A stretch of DNA of 60,639 bases, filler included, from Nemertoderma westbladi (GCA_032718475.1; 3 parts of 3 records of this genome joined end to end with filler, not necessarily neighbours in it); one strand, 5' to 3'. Counted from the whole stretch's first letter, positions 1 through 14,200 are shown. Notes: generated by a model from the sequence alone, not told the origin. Numbers and translations: made by a program.

Positions 1-266
1 TAACCTAAAACCAATATAAAACATAATTACACTATGTACATGTACAATTTTACCGAGAGTGTGACAATAATGTCCAACTCAACGATAAAGATGTAATGTA
101 CAGAACAATTTATTATAAAACGTAATTACAGTATAAATAGTAAATAATTAATAAACTAATAACTTACTGTAGGACTATTGTACCTATGGGTTACAACAGT
201 GCAAGTGCAAATAAGTGGCATTAATACACCTTGCGCCAGCCAACCATCAAGCCGGTTGACAGACCT

Positions 267-584
267 TGTGTGGTGACTAGTTAGAACACACCGGGTGACG
301 TCATACTGCTATGTGTAAGACCGGTCCCCCGGTGAGCAGGGTCTGACTATCTGATTACCTGGCCCCGCACGCTTGCGGAGCTGTATCACCTTTACCCCGA
401 CTGCTGGATAGCAGACCTGCTCCTTTACCGTGATACTGCTTATGTGTATGACCGTATTGATACTGTAGCCATTTACCTATGTTATATGTAACATTATTAC
501 CCGGTATCAATTATACGTTAATACACCAGTTACCTATGTGTCCGCGACACTTGTTCTTTTTTACCCTCTGGCGTGGTGGCAACG
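267..584 (+). repeat. Putative 5' LTR (267-573) and PBS-like motif TGGTGGCAACG (574-584)
   Basis: TG start upstream of gag. The motif matches 10/11 nt of a tRNA-Leu-type PBS (TGGTGGCAGCG). No second LTR exists to confirm the ends, and the putative LTR ends CG rather than CA. Confidence 0.35.
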
Positions 585-806
585 TTTCGGAGTTCGATTC
601 TCACTCCTCAGCCTGTCAGCAGCAAGTCAGAGTCGCTACACGTTCTTTTCACCAGGCGACCCGGGGTCGGAGCTCCCCCTGTCGTCTTCCTGCTATCCAG
701 TCAGCCGTTACCGGTACCTACTGGCAATCCACCCACCAGTTAGGCTACTACTTACCTAACCGGTACTGCGGATTCACGCAGTACCCAACCCGATCCACCA
801 TTCACC

Positions 807-3800
807 ATGGCGAATCAACACCTAAAGGCTCCACGTTTAGTTAAACTCACTACTCAGGAATCCATCACTTCATTTGAGTCCTGGCGCCAGACATTGATAT
901 TTAGTCTGTCTCTCGACCCAGAGTTCGCGCGGTTTACCGCCGCTGGCGCAGTATGTGAGAAGGCTTCTCCTGCGAGTCCGACCCGGGGTCTCGTCGACGA
1001 TGCCGCCGGTGTTCCGGATGCCCAACGACGTACCGCGCAGCAACAACTCGTCTCCCTCGAGTTCATGCTGGGCCAAATTGCTAACTATGCGCAGGTTATC
1101 GTGCGTAACACCATCGTACTAAAATCAACATCTCTCTCATACGTCTGGCAGGCCCTCCGATTACATTATGGTTTTCAACGGACAGACTCCCACTTCCTAG
1201 ATCTCTCCACCATCCACCTCGAGCACGAGGAACGCCACGAAGACCTTTTCCAACGTCTCGCAGCGTTTTTTGATGACAACCTCCTCTCACCCCTCGGGGG
1301 TATTACCTACCACGGCGAGCTCCCCGCTGCCGCTGAGGAGATCTCCCCCACGGTGGAGAACTTCCTTGTGTGGACTTGGTTACGTCTCATCCATGAGGAC
1401 TTACCGGCGTTGGTTAAGCAATGATATGGCTGCAAACTTCATTCCTGCACCTTGGCTTCCGTCAAGGCCGAGATCAGCCAGGCGATGCCGTCCCGCTTGG
1501 AGGAGCTCTGCGTGTCAGCCGACGTGCGCACGTTCCGCTCCCAGACGACGGAGGTCGACCCGCGCCACCCGAACCGCGCACGCCAGCCGGACCGCCGTAG
1601 TTTACAGAACCGCACACGACCTGCCCGGGTTTGCCCCCTGTGCAAGCAGGCGCAACGCAAGGACTTCCCCCACTTCCTCAGTACCTGCCCGTTCCTCCCC
1701 GATCAGGATAAACAGTTCCTCGCCCGGACTTGCGCCGTCGATATCGCCGATTCCGCCAGTTCTAATGATGAGTTCGAGCCCCCTGATGATTCCCCAATGG
1801 GTTACAACCAACCACCAGCGGCCCGCCGGGTCGCTGTGATGCGTTCCCCTGTCTTGGAAGCCGATTATCAGTCCCGTCCACTTCGATTGCTACTCGACAG
1901 TGGCGCAGAATCCGATCTCATCCGGGAGGCGTTCGCCCGCCAGCTGGGCGTCCATATCTCCCCGAGTAGTTGCCAGGTTCCCGAACAGGCCGATGGACAG
2001 TCTAAGATGAAGGTTTCCGGCGAAATGCGTTTCGTCCTCCACTGTGGCTCGATTCCCTTCGAGTTTAACGGTCTCGTCGTCTCGGAGCTCGGATGTCCCA
2101 TCATTTGTGGAATGCCGTTCCTATACCGCAATGATTTAACGCTACGTCCCGCCCATATGACGATTACCCTACCGGATGGCACTACAATACCCTTCGGAGG
2201 CCAGCACTCAACCTCCACGCACCCGAGAAGACCCGAGTCCACACTGGTACGTGCATCTACCCGGTCCGTCGTAGTCTGGCCAGATGCGGATCTAACTCTA
2301 CCGGTAGCGAGTACCGTGCCCCTCTTACTGGCACCCCACCATCCATCTACGTCTCCGAACGAGTCCTGGTTCCAACCGTTCCTCGCCGAAGTGTGCGATG
2401 GTTCCGTCGCCATCCGCAACGTCACCCAGATCCCCGTCAGGATCAAACGGAACTCTCACGTGTGCTTGGCAACACCCATCCAACCGGCGGCAATACCGAC
2501 CGCTGCCGTTGACACAGTCCCACTCCTGCATCGTGCTCTACACGTCGCCCCAACCCCCGTTCCGTCGACGGCGTACACTTAGACCCCGACAACATCCTCA
2601 CCAGCGCTGAACACTGCCAGTTTTCCGACGTCCTCGCTGCGCACTCCACGGTATTCGAAGCCGAGTACCCCGGATATAACGGCGCTGCGGGCCCCTACGA
2701 AGCCGTTGTCAAAATGGGTCTACCCCCTCAACAGAAAGGACGCGTACCCCAATACGGCCGCTACCGCCTCGTCGAGTTGCAGGACCGGTTCGACGAACTC
2801 GAACAACGCGGTATCTTCGCTACACCCGAACACGCAGGGGTACATGTGGAGTATCTCAGTCCTTCCTTCCTCGTCGCCAAACCCAACGTAGGAACTCGTC
2901 TCGTTACAGCCTTTAACGAGATCGCCCGGTATGCTAAACCCCAGCCATCACTCCTCCCTAGTATCGAGTCTACCCTGCGCGAAATCGGCTACTATAAGTT
3001 CCTCATCAAAACCAATTTAATGAGTGCGTTCTACCAGATCCCCATTAGTCGCAACTCCATGAAGTTCTGTGGTGTTGTTACACCGTTCCGCGGCATGCGA
3101 GTCTATACCCGCTGCGCCATGGGTATGCCCGGATCCGAGAGACCGCCTTGGAAGAACTGATATGCCGTATCCTCAGGGAACTTATCAAGCAGGGCGCCGT
3201 CAGTAAACTCACAGACGATTTGTATTGTGGCGGCAACACGATAGATGAATTAGCCGCAAATTTTAACGCGCTACTCACAGCTCTCGCACACCCTTCTTTA
3301 CGTTTATCCCCCAAGAAGACCGTTATTTGCCCGCATTCCACTACCATTCTTGGCTGGCAATGGACTGCTGGCTCCCTGACCGCGTCTTCTCATGTCGTTT
3401 CAGCCCTCGCAACCTGCGATAAACCTGACACTGTCTGGTCCCTCCGTTCCTTCCTGGGATCGTATAAAGTCCTCGCGCGCGTTCTACCCCGTTGCGCAGC
3501 ACTTCTCTCCGACCTCGACGAACTCGCAGTCGGCGCTTCCGCCGATATCGTTCAGTGGACGGATCCTTCGACTTGTGCGTTCCGGCGCGCTCAGGCCGCC
3601 CTGAAAACATGCCGTACTGTGGTTCTCCCACGGCCCTCTGACGAGCTGTTCATTGTCACCGACGCCGCCTCCAGCGTCGATGGACTCGGCGCTGCCTTAT
3701 ATGTCCGCCGCGAGTCGAAACTCCTCGTCGCCGGGTTCTACTCCACGAAGTTGCGAACCCATCAACGTACGTGGCTTCCTTGCGAATTGGAAGCACTCGC

Positions 3801-6800
3801 CCTCGCCGCAGCTGTTCATCACTGCGCTCCCTATATCACTCACGCTACTACCCGCACGTCCGTTGTCACCGATAGTAAACCCTGCGTCCAGGCGTTCGCT
3901 AAACTTACTCGTGGGGCTTACTCCAACAGCCCGAGACTCACTACCTTCCTCGCCACGGTGAGCCAGTTCTCCCTCCTCATGGTCTATATCCAGGGTTCGC
4001 GCAACCTACCAGCCGACTTCCAAAGTCGCAGTATTCCCGAGTGTGTTAATCCACAGTGCCAGGTATGCGACTTCGTTAATCAGCTTGCCGACGAACCCAT
4101 CATCTGTGCGGCGGTTCTCACTGAAGACCCCCCCCCCCCTCCAGCGCGTCCCTTGTACGCCACCCGTAGTACCTGGCTCGTCACCCAGCAGGAATGCGCA
4201 TCTATCCGTCGCGCCAAGGTGCACCTCGCACAGGGCACGCGTCCCTCCAAGAAGGAGACGACCATCCGCGACATTAAATGGTAAATCGGCTGCGCGTCCG
4301 TTGCCATGGACGGACTCCTCGTTGTTCCTCACACACCACGTTCTCGGCTCCGCGGGAAATGATCGATGTCCCTCGCCATGCGCTCTCTGGTCTTCTTACG
4401 TCACTGCACCTCGAGTTGCAGCACCCGTCGCGTACCCAGCTGCGCGTTACGTTTCTGCGGTACTGGTACTTCTACGCCCTCGACATGGAAGAAGCCATCA
4501 CATCCATCCACTCGCAGTTAGTGTTGAGAACTGTAACTGTAATTATACTGTAACTGCAACTGTAACTGAATGGTTTTGATGATTTTTTTGATACTGTAAC
4601 TATAACTGTAACTGTAATTGCGAATTTTGAATACTGTAACTGTAACTGAAACTGTAATTACGAATTTTGAATACTGTAACTGAAACTGAAATTAACAAAA
4701 TCCGATTCAGTTCTCAACCACACAATTAACATGAATGAGCATTTAAAACAGTATTGTAATAAAGTATAGAGTATAGTTTAATAAATGAATAACAGTGGTT
4801 ACCATAGGTATCATTTTTAAAACATTGTTATAAAAAAAACAATCTCATTTTTTCCACATCTGAACAAAACCATAATATTACACAATATAAAATCAAAGAC
4901 CCATTGTCCACTTAGCTCAAATGTGATTTATTTGGCGAGTCAAGTTAGTGAACGAAGATCTACAGTAGCATAAAGTCTATGTTTATCTGTCTCAACTATT
5001 AGACTATCACCTATCAGCCTTATCACCACTTTGGTTTCATATTAAATGTAAATGTTTTAGATAAACAAAGTTAGGCCTAATGGTAGAGGGATATTAACGG
5101 ATTTTACATTATTAATTATTAATGTTTTTACCGGTACTATTAATATCACAATCACACTAGAGGCACACTGGAAATTAAATTTTGATCAAGTTTGCCATTA
5201 TAAATTACAAAATTAAACTTAAAAGTGAAAGGAGCAGCTTATCGAGGTGGGTCTAACCAAAACAATAAATATATGATTACTAAAACAAATTACGAATTAA
5301 GGAAAATGAGCAGGATTCAGAACCATGGCTTTATAACCAAAACAATAAATGATAACAATAAGTGTACAAGCACTGAAACAAGTTGTACAGTAAAATGTGG
5401 GTGCCTTTAGTTGATCTTGTGACCGCCACTTTCATTACATACAGTACTATCAGTAGGCCCTATATTAGTTACAAACTATTACCATAGAGTGGGTCCAACT
5501 TTCCTACAACAACTACCTATTAGCTCTAGAAAGAGGACGTTTCGTAATGAACATTATTATTAGCATATATAACAGTAATATATTAAAGTGCCTCATTTTT
5601 AGTTTCAGATGACTGCTTACTACGTGAGATCATATATATTGAATCTATAACTGAAACTGTAACTGAAACTGAAATGCTCAATTTTGTAATACTGAAACTG
5701 TAACTGTAACTGAAATGTTACACTTTGTAATACTGAAACTGTAACTGTAACTGAAATGTTACACTTTGTAATACTGAAACTGCAACTGTAACTGAAATGC
5801 AAAACTTTGAATACTGAAACTGCAACTGTAACTGAAATTAGTCAAAATTGATTCAGTTCTCAACACTACTCGCAGTGTGCCCAATGCGCCACGCTGCGTT
5901 CCGCCCCATGGCGATCCATTGAGCAGTCATCTGGTGACCCTGCGGCCGCCATCGGAATTGCATTCGCTGCCGATGTCATCCGTCGCCATCGACAGTTCAT
6001 CCTCATCCTCCGCGAAACCGCCTCGTCGTACTCCGCTGCCATGTTCCTCTCAGATGAACAACACACAACGTTGCGGGATGGCCTCCTCACGTTGTGCGTC
6101 GGTGTGTGTCCCCTTAGCGGCCCCCATGCAGTCATCCGTACCGATCCCGCACCCGGATTCCGTGCGTTACCGGTGACAAGGTTTTATCCGCCCACCATAT
6201 CCATATTGAGTTGGGTCGCGCCAAAAATAAAGACAAAAATCCGGTCGGGGAACACGCCGTTCGCGAATTAGAAGACGAGCTCCTTAAGCTCCATCCCTCC
6301 GGGGGACCCTACTCCATTGTGTCCCTCGCCGTCGCCCGGTCAAATGCACATATCCAGTCGAGCGGCGTATCCGCCCGAGAAATTCTGCTCCAACGCGATC
6401 ACAGTTTACTGGCGCTCAACTCCCCCTCATCGATTCTGAGCTTATCGACCAGCAACATCGCCGTCGTTTGGCCAATCATCCCCATAGTGCACAGTCCAAA
6501 AATCCGCATCCCAGTAGCTCCACTAGGGATACTCCGTTAGAAGTAGGTGATATCGTCTACCTCCATGTCGATTCGCCGCAACTACAGGGCCGACCCTGGT
6601 ACATTGTAGCGACAACGCACCAATCCTGGGTAAGTGTCCGGAAGTTCGTCGGTCACCAACTGCGTTCGCAGGCCTATCAGGTTCCGCGGTCCGAATGTTA
6701 TCGCGTACCCTACCGCAGTACCTCGGTACCTGCGGTCGACGAACCCTCGTCCAACGACGATGGCGAGGGGTCGGCAGGTCTACCTTCCCCGCGACCAGCC

Positions 6801-6848
6801 GACACCGAACCGCCGGGTGAGCGAAATTACCAGGGCTCTCCTGTGTAA
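807..6848 (+). pseudogene. Disrupted Gypsy gag-pol
   Basis: ORF fragments 807-1424, 1452-2582, 2714-3160, 3148-4284, 4278-4518, ~5877-6180, 6211-~6400 and 6468-6848. In-frame TGA at 1422-1424 and several frameshifts. Gag knuckle-like CPLC..H..C. Confidence 0.9.
4519..5868. mobile_element. Non-autonomous hAT-type DNA transposon (MITE), 1350 bp
   Basis: Perfect 15-bp TIR TAGTGTTGAGAACTG / CAGTTCTCAACACTA. 8-bp TSD CTCGCAGT at 4511-4518 and 5869-5876. Subterminal ACTGTA/ACTGAA arrays. Excision restores the integrase frame (IHSQ-CAQC). Confidence 0.93.
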
Positions 6849-7199
6849 ATGTGAGGATATTTAATATCTAGACATGTAGCCTTTTAGCGAGAGACTGATG
6901 ATTTGATGGTGTCTGCGGAAGTCCCTAAAAACAAAACTTATGGTCTTATTGATGCCTACTATTTATAGACTCGAAAGCTTTCAATCCGACGAAGTTATAA
7001 GTAAGTCAAAATCGTAGCGACGATGATGACATACAGTACCATTATTGAATGAACTATTTGCCATATTTGACCTACCCCCCTAAGAGATAGCGTCAGATCG
7101 CAAATGCTCCGCCAACTTCGTGGCTTGGACCCTATACCCCATGCTATAAAATGTATTCGATCGATATACAATTATATATTAATCCGCTAGGTGGTGTGA

Positions 7200-7640
7200 A
7201 ATTATTATTCTGCAATTTCGTACTTGTACAGTACATCAGCACCGTACTGGTAGGCCTATGTCATTTCTTCGCAGTCTCTAGCCGATCCCCAATTAAATGT
7301 CTTAACTTTTCAATTTTGTAGAAGATAGACTTTATGATTCTTTACAAGCAACCAAAATTTCAGCTCTGGAAAATGAGGCGTTTCCGAGAAATTTAACATT
7401 TTCTAAAAACCACATTATCTGTTGTAGCTGACGTCAGACTGCATGATTTTTCACCAAACTTTACAAATTTTGTAAACTTTCCCTCTAATACATACCTACT
7501 AAGTTTGGTTTAATTTTGAATCAGCGATGCCGAGAAATTCGCGTTCAAAGATTTACCAGACAGACAGACGAACATGCCCCATTTGCCCTATATGAACCGT
7601 ATGCCAAGGCTCGCCGACTACGTGTCTCGCCCCACAGATA
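7200..7640. mobile_element. Possible non-autonomous Helitron/Helentron (DINE-1/HINE-like) fragment
   Basis: Short (ACAG)n tract at ~7557-7570 followed by a GC-rich imperfect hairpin (~7607-7631). General resemblance only; boundaries approximate. Confidence 0.3.
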
Positions 7641-8104
7641 CTATACATAATCTGCAAGCCGCTTGGCCAATTGGAGGGAACTGAACTGACTATCCGAATT
7701 ACATGCTCTAAGCATCAGCTTTAGGTGTTTTAGTTACCATATTACCTGTAGCAGTATGGCTCTCGGGTAGACGAGAACAGTCATCCGCAGGATGCAGTAA
7801 AAGTATTGTAGCTGTGTCCCACATTAACTCGTTGCTTCTTGGCTTCTTTGGACTTTGAGAATACAAACTTCGTAAATCATCTGTAATGATAATCGCATTA
7901 AAACTCTCCAAAACCAAATTATGACGCATTCTTACAGGAAAACTACAGTACCACTACCATCTGTATGTGCAGTCAGTATTGGTGGCCCCGCAAATGGTTC
8001 GGCTTGTAGAAACTGGTTCAAATCGACGTTCAGAAATTTCGTTTTCAAGTGGATGTTCTTGTAAGGTTCTTGTAAGGTTTCTGTGGCGACTGCAATGAGG
8101 AGAC

Positions 8105-9259
8105 TGTAAAGGCTTTTGCGGATCTAGCTAGTTATTTTCCCCTCAAAGTACTCTGTAGGTGTTTTAGTGGATATAAAGAGCCATTTCTTCTGTATGTGTG
8201 CTTTAGCGGACATAACTAGCTGTGTACTTTAGCGGACATAACTAGCGATCTTATGTCGCAATAAGCCAAAATCCTCTTGATACAGTGTAGTTACCATGAC
8301 GACATCTAACAGCTGATATGTCCACGTGTAACATTTCTTTGTTCTTTGTTCTCTCTTTGTTCGGTTGACCAATCAGAGCGTTTTTTGACTCTGTGTTGGA
8401 GATTGTATACAGAAACTCATGAATTGAGTCAGTATGTGTATTTTGTCCACAGCCAGAAGACCGGCTTTGGAGTTACTGTGTTTCAGGCTTTAGCCAAACA
8501 TTAGTAGGCTTTGGTTATAGAAACGTATAACTGTTATCAAACCAACTCAGTACATATGCATTATGCTTTCACCGCATTATTTCACTGCTATTTATGGTTT
8601 ATTCGGTTATTAATTATATCAGTTGATGGAATCTTGTTATATTTGGATAATATCGACAAATAATCAGAAAACCCCAATCTTCTTGATATACTGAAGGTTA
8701 GAGAGACCGGTTACATATAACAATTGCGACTTACATTAAAGTGGTTTTGGAGTGAATCTAATGCTATTTCATAGGCACTACATGAGTCGGTTGTTGTTCT
8801 CTTTATATGTGACTGAAATTAGTGAAGGTCGGCAGATCGGTGTGCAGCATTGTGCGGTAGTGTGCATGATTGTGACTGATAACAAAGCATCTCCTAAAGA
8901 ATGCGCTTTATACGTGAATCCATAGCCATCCCGTTGTGTCTAGTATAAGTCATAACTCTGTTTACATATTTAGAGCGCCACGTCCTAAAGGAACTGTTAA
9001 TATTTCCCGAAAGTGAATAATATTTGTCAGAAATTATATATTAACGATCAGTCGAATAATACAGTAGGCCTACACCGCAATAAGGTCAAAGCTTCCGAAT
9101 CCAGTCTCCCGGGTATATCCAGCGGGTGAATGGTTGCGCATAGACTGGCTTCGGCTAATGTAGTGTATCAAATACTCGTCATAGGCTAAAGTTGATTTAT
9201 AATCTAGAAGACATTTAAATTTGGCAGGTTAAACTGCTAAAGGTCTGAAAGCGCGAACA
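8105..9259 (+). repeat. 5' LTR of BEL/Pao copy 1 (1155 bp)
   Basis: TGTAAA...GCGAACA; homologous to the TSD-defined LTRs of copy 2. Confidence 0.9.
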
Positions 9260-10839
9260 ATAACAGTTATGATATTCTGATTGCAGTGTAGGCAATAAAT
9301 ACAGTTTAATATTGTTCTGGTAAGAACAATAACAGTTATTGCTTCTGTATTGCAGTAGGCAATAAAGCTGAAGTACCGGTCGACCGGTACCTAGTAGGCC
9401 TGACTACCTAACCACCCGGACCGGTACTTATAGCAGTACAGGTACGGCAGTATTATTCGATTTTGATAATTATATACCGGTAGGTCTTAATAAGTAATCG
9501 GGGACGCCTGGTTTTTATTGGGATTTTACTTATTTCTGTCAGTTTTTATTTATTTGTAGGTTAATATTGAGCAGAAGGCGTGTAAGCCGGCTCAGATTGT
9601 ACAGATAATTTGTAGGCTGGACTGTTGTCTGACTGTTGTTAAGTCTGAAGAGATTGCGGTGTGTGTAGAGTGTATGTCCGATAAAGTACTGGTTAGGAAC
9701 GTAGGGGCTTCCAGTGTTGTTAGGTCAATCCCCCTGAAAGAATAAGTCGTACTACTCGGTTAGAACGCATACTAACTAACCATTTCGGAGTCTGCATATA
9801 CCGTAGTTTGTTTAGGCTTGATAGTAGTTTGTCAGCGTTTGGTCTGTATTTTGTTTGAGTAGTCTGTACGCGTAGCGTAATATTTATTATTCAGAGTTTA
9901 TGCGATTATTCGCAACATTCATATCCCCAAGTTTATTCCTACAGTAATTGTGCTTGTTGTACATACCGTTATAGTTAATTTAACCCCGGTACTACATCAG
10001 GGCTGCTTGGCGTAGGTAAAGACTGGTGATTTTGTGCCCCGGTCACTCCAGCAGATACCGTGGTTCTTTTAGCTGTACAAGTATTTCTAACTGCTGATTA
10101 TTTGTTGTATAAGTACTTGTACCTAATTTAGGGTTTAGTGTACAGTGCTTTCCGAAGGTAATTAGTGTGTAGGCAGTATATTTGTGTTGTAAAGTGGTTA
10201 ATAGGCACGTTGGTTCTGGTAGACCGCGGTAATTAACTTCTAGGTAGGAACACTCCGTGATAAATAACGTAGTACTTATAGCGATACGGCTATAAGTCGT
10301 CAGACGGTGGTATTTTTCCTATCTGGACAACGCAGTATATTTACTACTGCTTTGTTATTTTCAAATACCGTAGTACCCTGTCCGTTGTAATAACCAGATA
10401 TTCTAACCCTTTGTTAGGCTGGTTTGTAGACTTCTTGTAAAATTACCCTAAAAATTCGTACGTGTAATTTTTTGTGTTTATTTAGAGATTTTAATCTCAC
10501 CCCGAATTGTACGTAATTTGTAGTAATAAGTAACTTAGGTAAATTAGAATTATTTGTTTTAGTGTCCAACAAGTAGCACTTCACTGAGAGCGCACAGCTT
10601 CTGTGTAGTGACTCCTTCCCAGAAATAATAACATTTATTTCAAATATTGACAAAACCCATTATACGGGTATATATATATTATAAATCAACTCAAACCGAT
10701 TTATAAAATAGTAGGCCTGTCATACATCAATTAGGTCTTAATGTCAGTTGGACTACTGCTTAAATAACGGTAATCAAGTAAAGTAAAGTAAACAAGTAAC
10801 CCCTAAAATTCAGAAATTCAATTATTCTAAAATAATTGA

Positions 10840-11100
10840 CATACCGGTATTTGCGATAGGCCTATTATATATTTCTATATATTTGTGCTGACATTATATA
10901 CCGGTATTCTGTAATTAATTCTAGTCTATAATTATACTTATATACTATAAGTGTAAGCTGTATACCGGTATTCACGATAGGCCTATTATATATTTATATA
11001 TATTTGTGCTGAAATTACATACCGGTATTCTGTGACAAATCTGGTCTGTAATAATACTTATATATACTATAAGCATACCGGTATTCTAATATATTATATA
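10840..11100 (+). repeat. ~120-bp tandem duplication in the BEL leader (also at ~21670-21940)
   Basis: Recurring ATACCGGTATT..CGATAGGCCTATTAT..ATACCGGTATTCTGT..ATACTTATATACTATAAG units. Confidence 0.75.
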
Positions 11101-11223
11101 TATATATCACGTTACACTGAGTAACAGTATCTGTAATTAATTACTAGGCTAACAGTTGATACTGAATTACTAGACTTGCTTTAACTGTAATATAGCAGTA
11201 GGCATTCAACTGTACAAACAAAC

Positions 11224-14200
11224 ATGGCTGACACAAGGCAAACTCTGTCAGATAGTCTCCTAGAAACAACAGTCTGTTTCTCAGATAGGAGTATAGAGAA
11301 TCCCAGACCGAGGTCTGAGACCCCTCCTACTGTAAGAAAGGCAACACCTACAGTAGCTGTGTCAGAACCTAGGTTAGTAGAAGCCATTTCGCAATTTGCG
11401 AAGTTAGTGAAGCGCCGTAGGTCTGTCATAGGCCCTCGGGCTCAAGTCAAGCGGTATCAAGAAGCAGCTGTTAAACAGCAACAACCCCCTAGCCGAGAAC
11501 TTATTTCTCAGCGGCCCGACAGCTCCAGTAGTTCGGATACTGTAGAGCTGACACCCGAGCGCGGAGCAAAGATGGCAGATGCGGTTTATTCGGAACCCCT
11601 TCTCATCCTTCCTGCAGCCGTACTCACTAGGGTATTGATTGCGGTGGAGGAACACCAGATTGATTGGGCGAGAAGTAAGCGATCGACCAAGGATAGTTAT
11701 GCGGGATACACAAGGGAAGAACTGAAGTCTATTGTCGAGTCGCAATGGAACTTCCCCGGACCCGGACTCCCGTTTGACTTATCGGAAGCTGCCTGGGAAG
11801 ACATACACCGGATGGGAGTGACAAAAGAAACCAGCGATCCAGCTGTGTGGAAGAGGTCAGCAGCAGGATACGTACAGGGATTCTTCAGCTCTATGGAGCG
11901 ATTAGAGGAACAACTGTTTCGACAACCCCAAGGACCTCAAGAGAAGGGACAGCTGCTTTATCAAGTTAGAGAAAGAATTCTAAGAATCAGACTAATCTTA
12001 TCGGCCTTTGAGGAGGCTTCGAAAAGAAGACAAGACACGTTGCAAGTTGCCGTAAAGACTTGGTTTCAGCGAGTGAGTCTCCAAGTTCAAGGAACTGCCC
12101 AGTGGAAATCTCAGCTGGCTAAGCGCTCAACCCATGGAGAATCAACAGACGCTACATTTTCCCAAGTGGAAAGTGAAGCGATAGCAGAGAAACCGCATGA
12201 GAGGGATGCTATTGACATCTATCTGTCAGACTATCAACGATTTGTAGGTGACGAAGAGTTGAGGAGACGGCTGGCTGGACTTCACCCTAATAGTGAAGGA
12301 GCCAAGCTTGTATTGGACGCAATAGATGCGGAAATGTTAGCTGCGAACCAAGCTAAATTTGATGAACGCCTCCGCATCTCTAGAGTCCAAGAAGAACAAG
12401 TAAAGAAAAAACGTATAGAAGACAGAAAGATAGCAGCAGCGGCAGCGTCAGAAGTTGAAAGAAAAGCGGCAGTGGCAGCGGCAGAAGCGGAAAGAAAAGC
12501 AGCAGAGGCAGTGGCAGAAGCAGAACGGAGAGCGTCTGAAGAGACCACCCAACTAGAGTTGGAAAATCTTCAAGAGAATCAAGACTACATAAATAAACAG
12601 ATAACAGCTAGTCAAATGCAGATGATAAATCGATTTACTCCTAAAAGGCAGGGATTTACATCATCTGATGAAGGCGATACCACCGATCCTGAAGGCGGAG
12701 GAAATAGATCTCGTCTAAGCAGGCGTAGAAGAATGCCCCACCATCAGAAATTGCCTGATTTGCCCCCAGCTGTTAGAAGGCAACTAGCTAGCACAGACTT
12801 AGGTAGTACAGAACCTACAGACCAAATTATTAGAATAGAAAGACTCCCTACAATAGTAGATGAGCCTGAAATAATTAGGCCTGTTCTCGAAGCCACCCCT
12901 TCGGTGATAGAGACACCTGTACTCCCAGAACCTACCTCTAAATTCCCTTTGCACAGTACTAAACTACCTGTGCCCAGTAGGACTGTTCCCGAGTCCGAAC
13001 CCGTCCTGGACGCCGAGCGAGATATCAAGAATTTATCGCCCGTCGTCTCTCGCTCGCCCGCTACTACGTTGGCGACTCCCGCTTCGGCGGTCGAGTGGGT
13101 AGATGAGGGACGACGGGAGATGGGTCTCCTGCTCGGGCAGCTGAGGGAACACCGTGAGTGCTCCTCTCAGCAGGTCCGGGAGATGGAAGGAACTGTTCAG
13201 CAGTTCAAGGGCACAGTAAGGGAAAGTAGGTTAGAGTTGCAAGAAGTGCAGCAGAGTATCGTGTTAGAACGCGATAAATTGGTAAATATACAAAAGGGTA
13301 TACCACCACCCCCTGTAACAATGTGTCAACCTGTTAGGTCTGAAGTATTTCATGCGCAAGGTGTGGAGCCCACACGCATCTATACAGCTAGTGAAGTAGA
13401 AACTCCTATAGTAAACCCTATTAAGGGTAATTATAAACCTGTTGACAATGATATTCCATATAGACTTGATAATAATCCGAGAAATTTATATACTGATAAC
13501 TCGATATTAAATAACACGATGGCTCAAGAAAGTTTTACGCGTCAAATGGCTAGAACCGAAGCCCGTCAAGCGGTAAAGGTGGGAGAGATCGTCAAGTTTA
13601 ATGGAGATGAGATGAAATGGTTACCTTTTAATGAATATTACAAAGATAACATACAGAACTCTGTGCTATCTAACGGAGAGAAACTTAGATTCCTCATCGA
13701 GTGCTTGGAAGGATCTCCCAAGTTAATGGCGTTAAAGTTTATTGGACATCCAGATGGATTAAGACAAGTTTGGGATACACTAAACATCAGGTATGGTAAT
13801 AGGACTAACATAGCTAGGTATTTATATGCGAAATTAATGGCGCCCCGAAAGTTTCTTAGCAGCGGGATTATAGAGTTTTCCGACGAGATTCAGGAGATCT
13901 GTAGACAACTAGATTGGTTAGACTCTCATGAATACCAGAATTCTATGGTTGTAGGAGCCTTAGCATCTACTTTGCCCAAGGGTGGAGTAGGTACACGCTG
14001 GGACAAGAAAGTGTTATATATGATGGAACAACAACAAAGAGATCCTACCATGGCTGATCTCATGTCATTCTTAGATGGAGAGGTAAAATTACAGCTCCTA
14101 AAGCAGTCCAGAGAGAAGACACCAGAAAATAAGGTAAGTGAGAAACCCGTTTCTAGGAGAAAGGTAATACCAGTGTGTTATACAGACGACGGCGAAAGCC

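Larger units (their letters stand above)
267..6848 (+). mobile_element. Decayed Ty3/Gypsy LTR retrotransposon, 3' LTR not found, interrupted by a hAT-type MITE
   Basis: Domain order gag-PR-RT-RH-IN: protease LLDSGA; RT FYQIP..TPF..Y.R..MG and KLTDDLY; RNase H VTDAAS, ELEALA, TDSKP; integrase HLELQH...CAQC restored when 4519-5868 is removed. Left boundary is tentative. Confidence 0.9.

Noticed and set aside
854-6135. Antisense and alternate-frame ORFs over the GC-rich Gypsy (and likewise over CRE and BEL)
   Set aside because: Shadow ORFs of GC-rich coding DNA with no independent motifs.
7700-8104. Short minus-strand ORFs next to the BEL copy 1 LTR
   Set aside because: No recognisable motif or supported splice structure.
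9065-9165. HDV-like ribozyme in the BEL LTR (CTACA/TGTAG pairing, long stem followed by CTAA)
   Set aside because: No P1, no GG for P1.1, and the would-be L3 lacks the YCC consensus and differs between copies.
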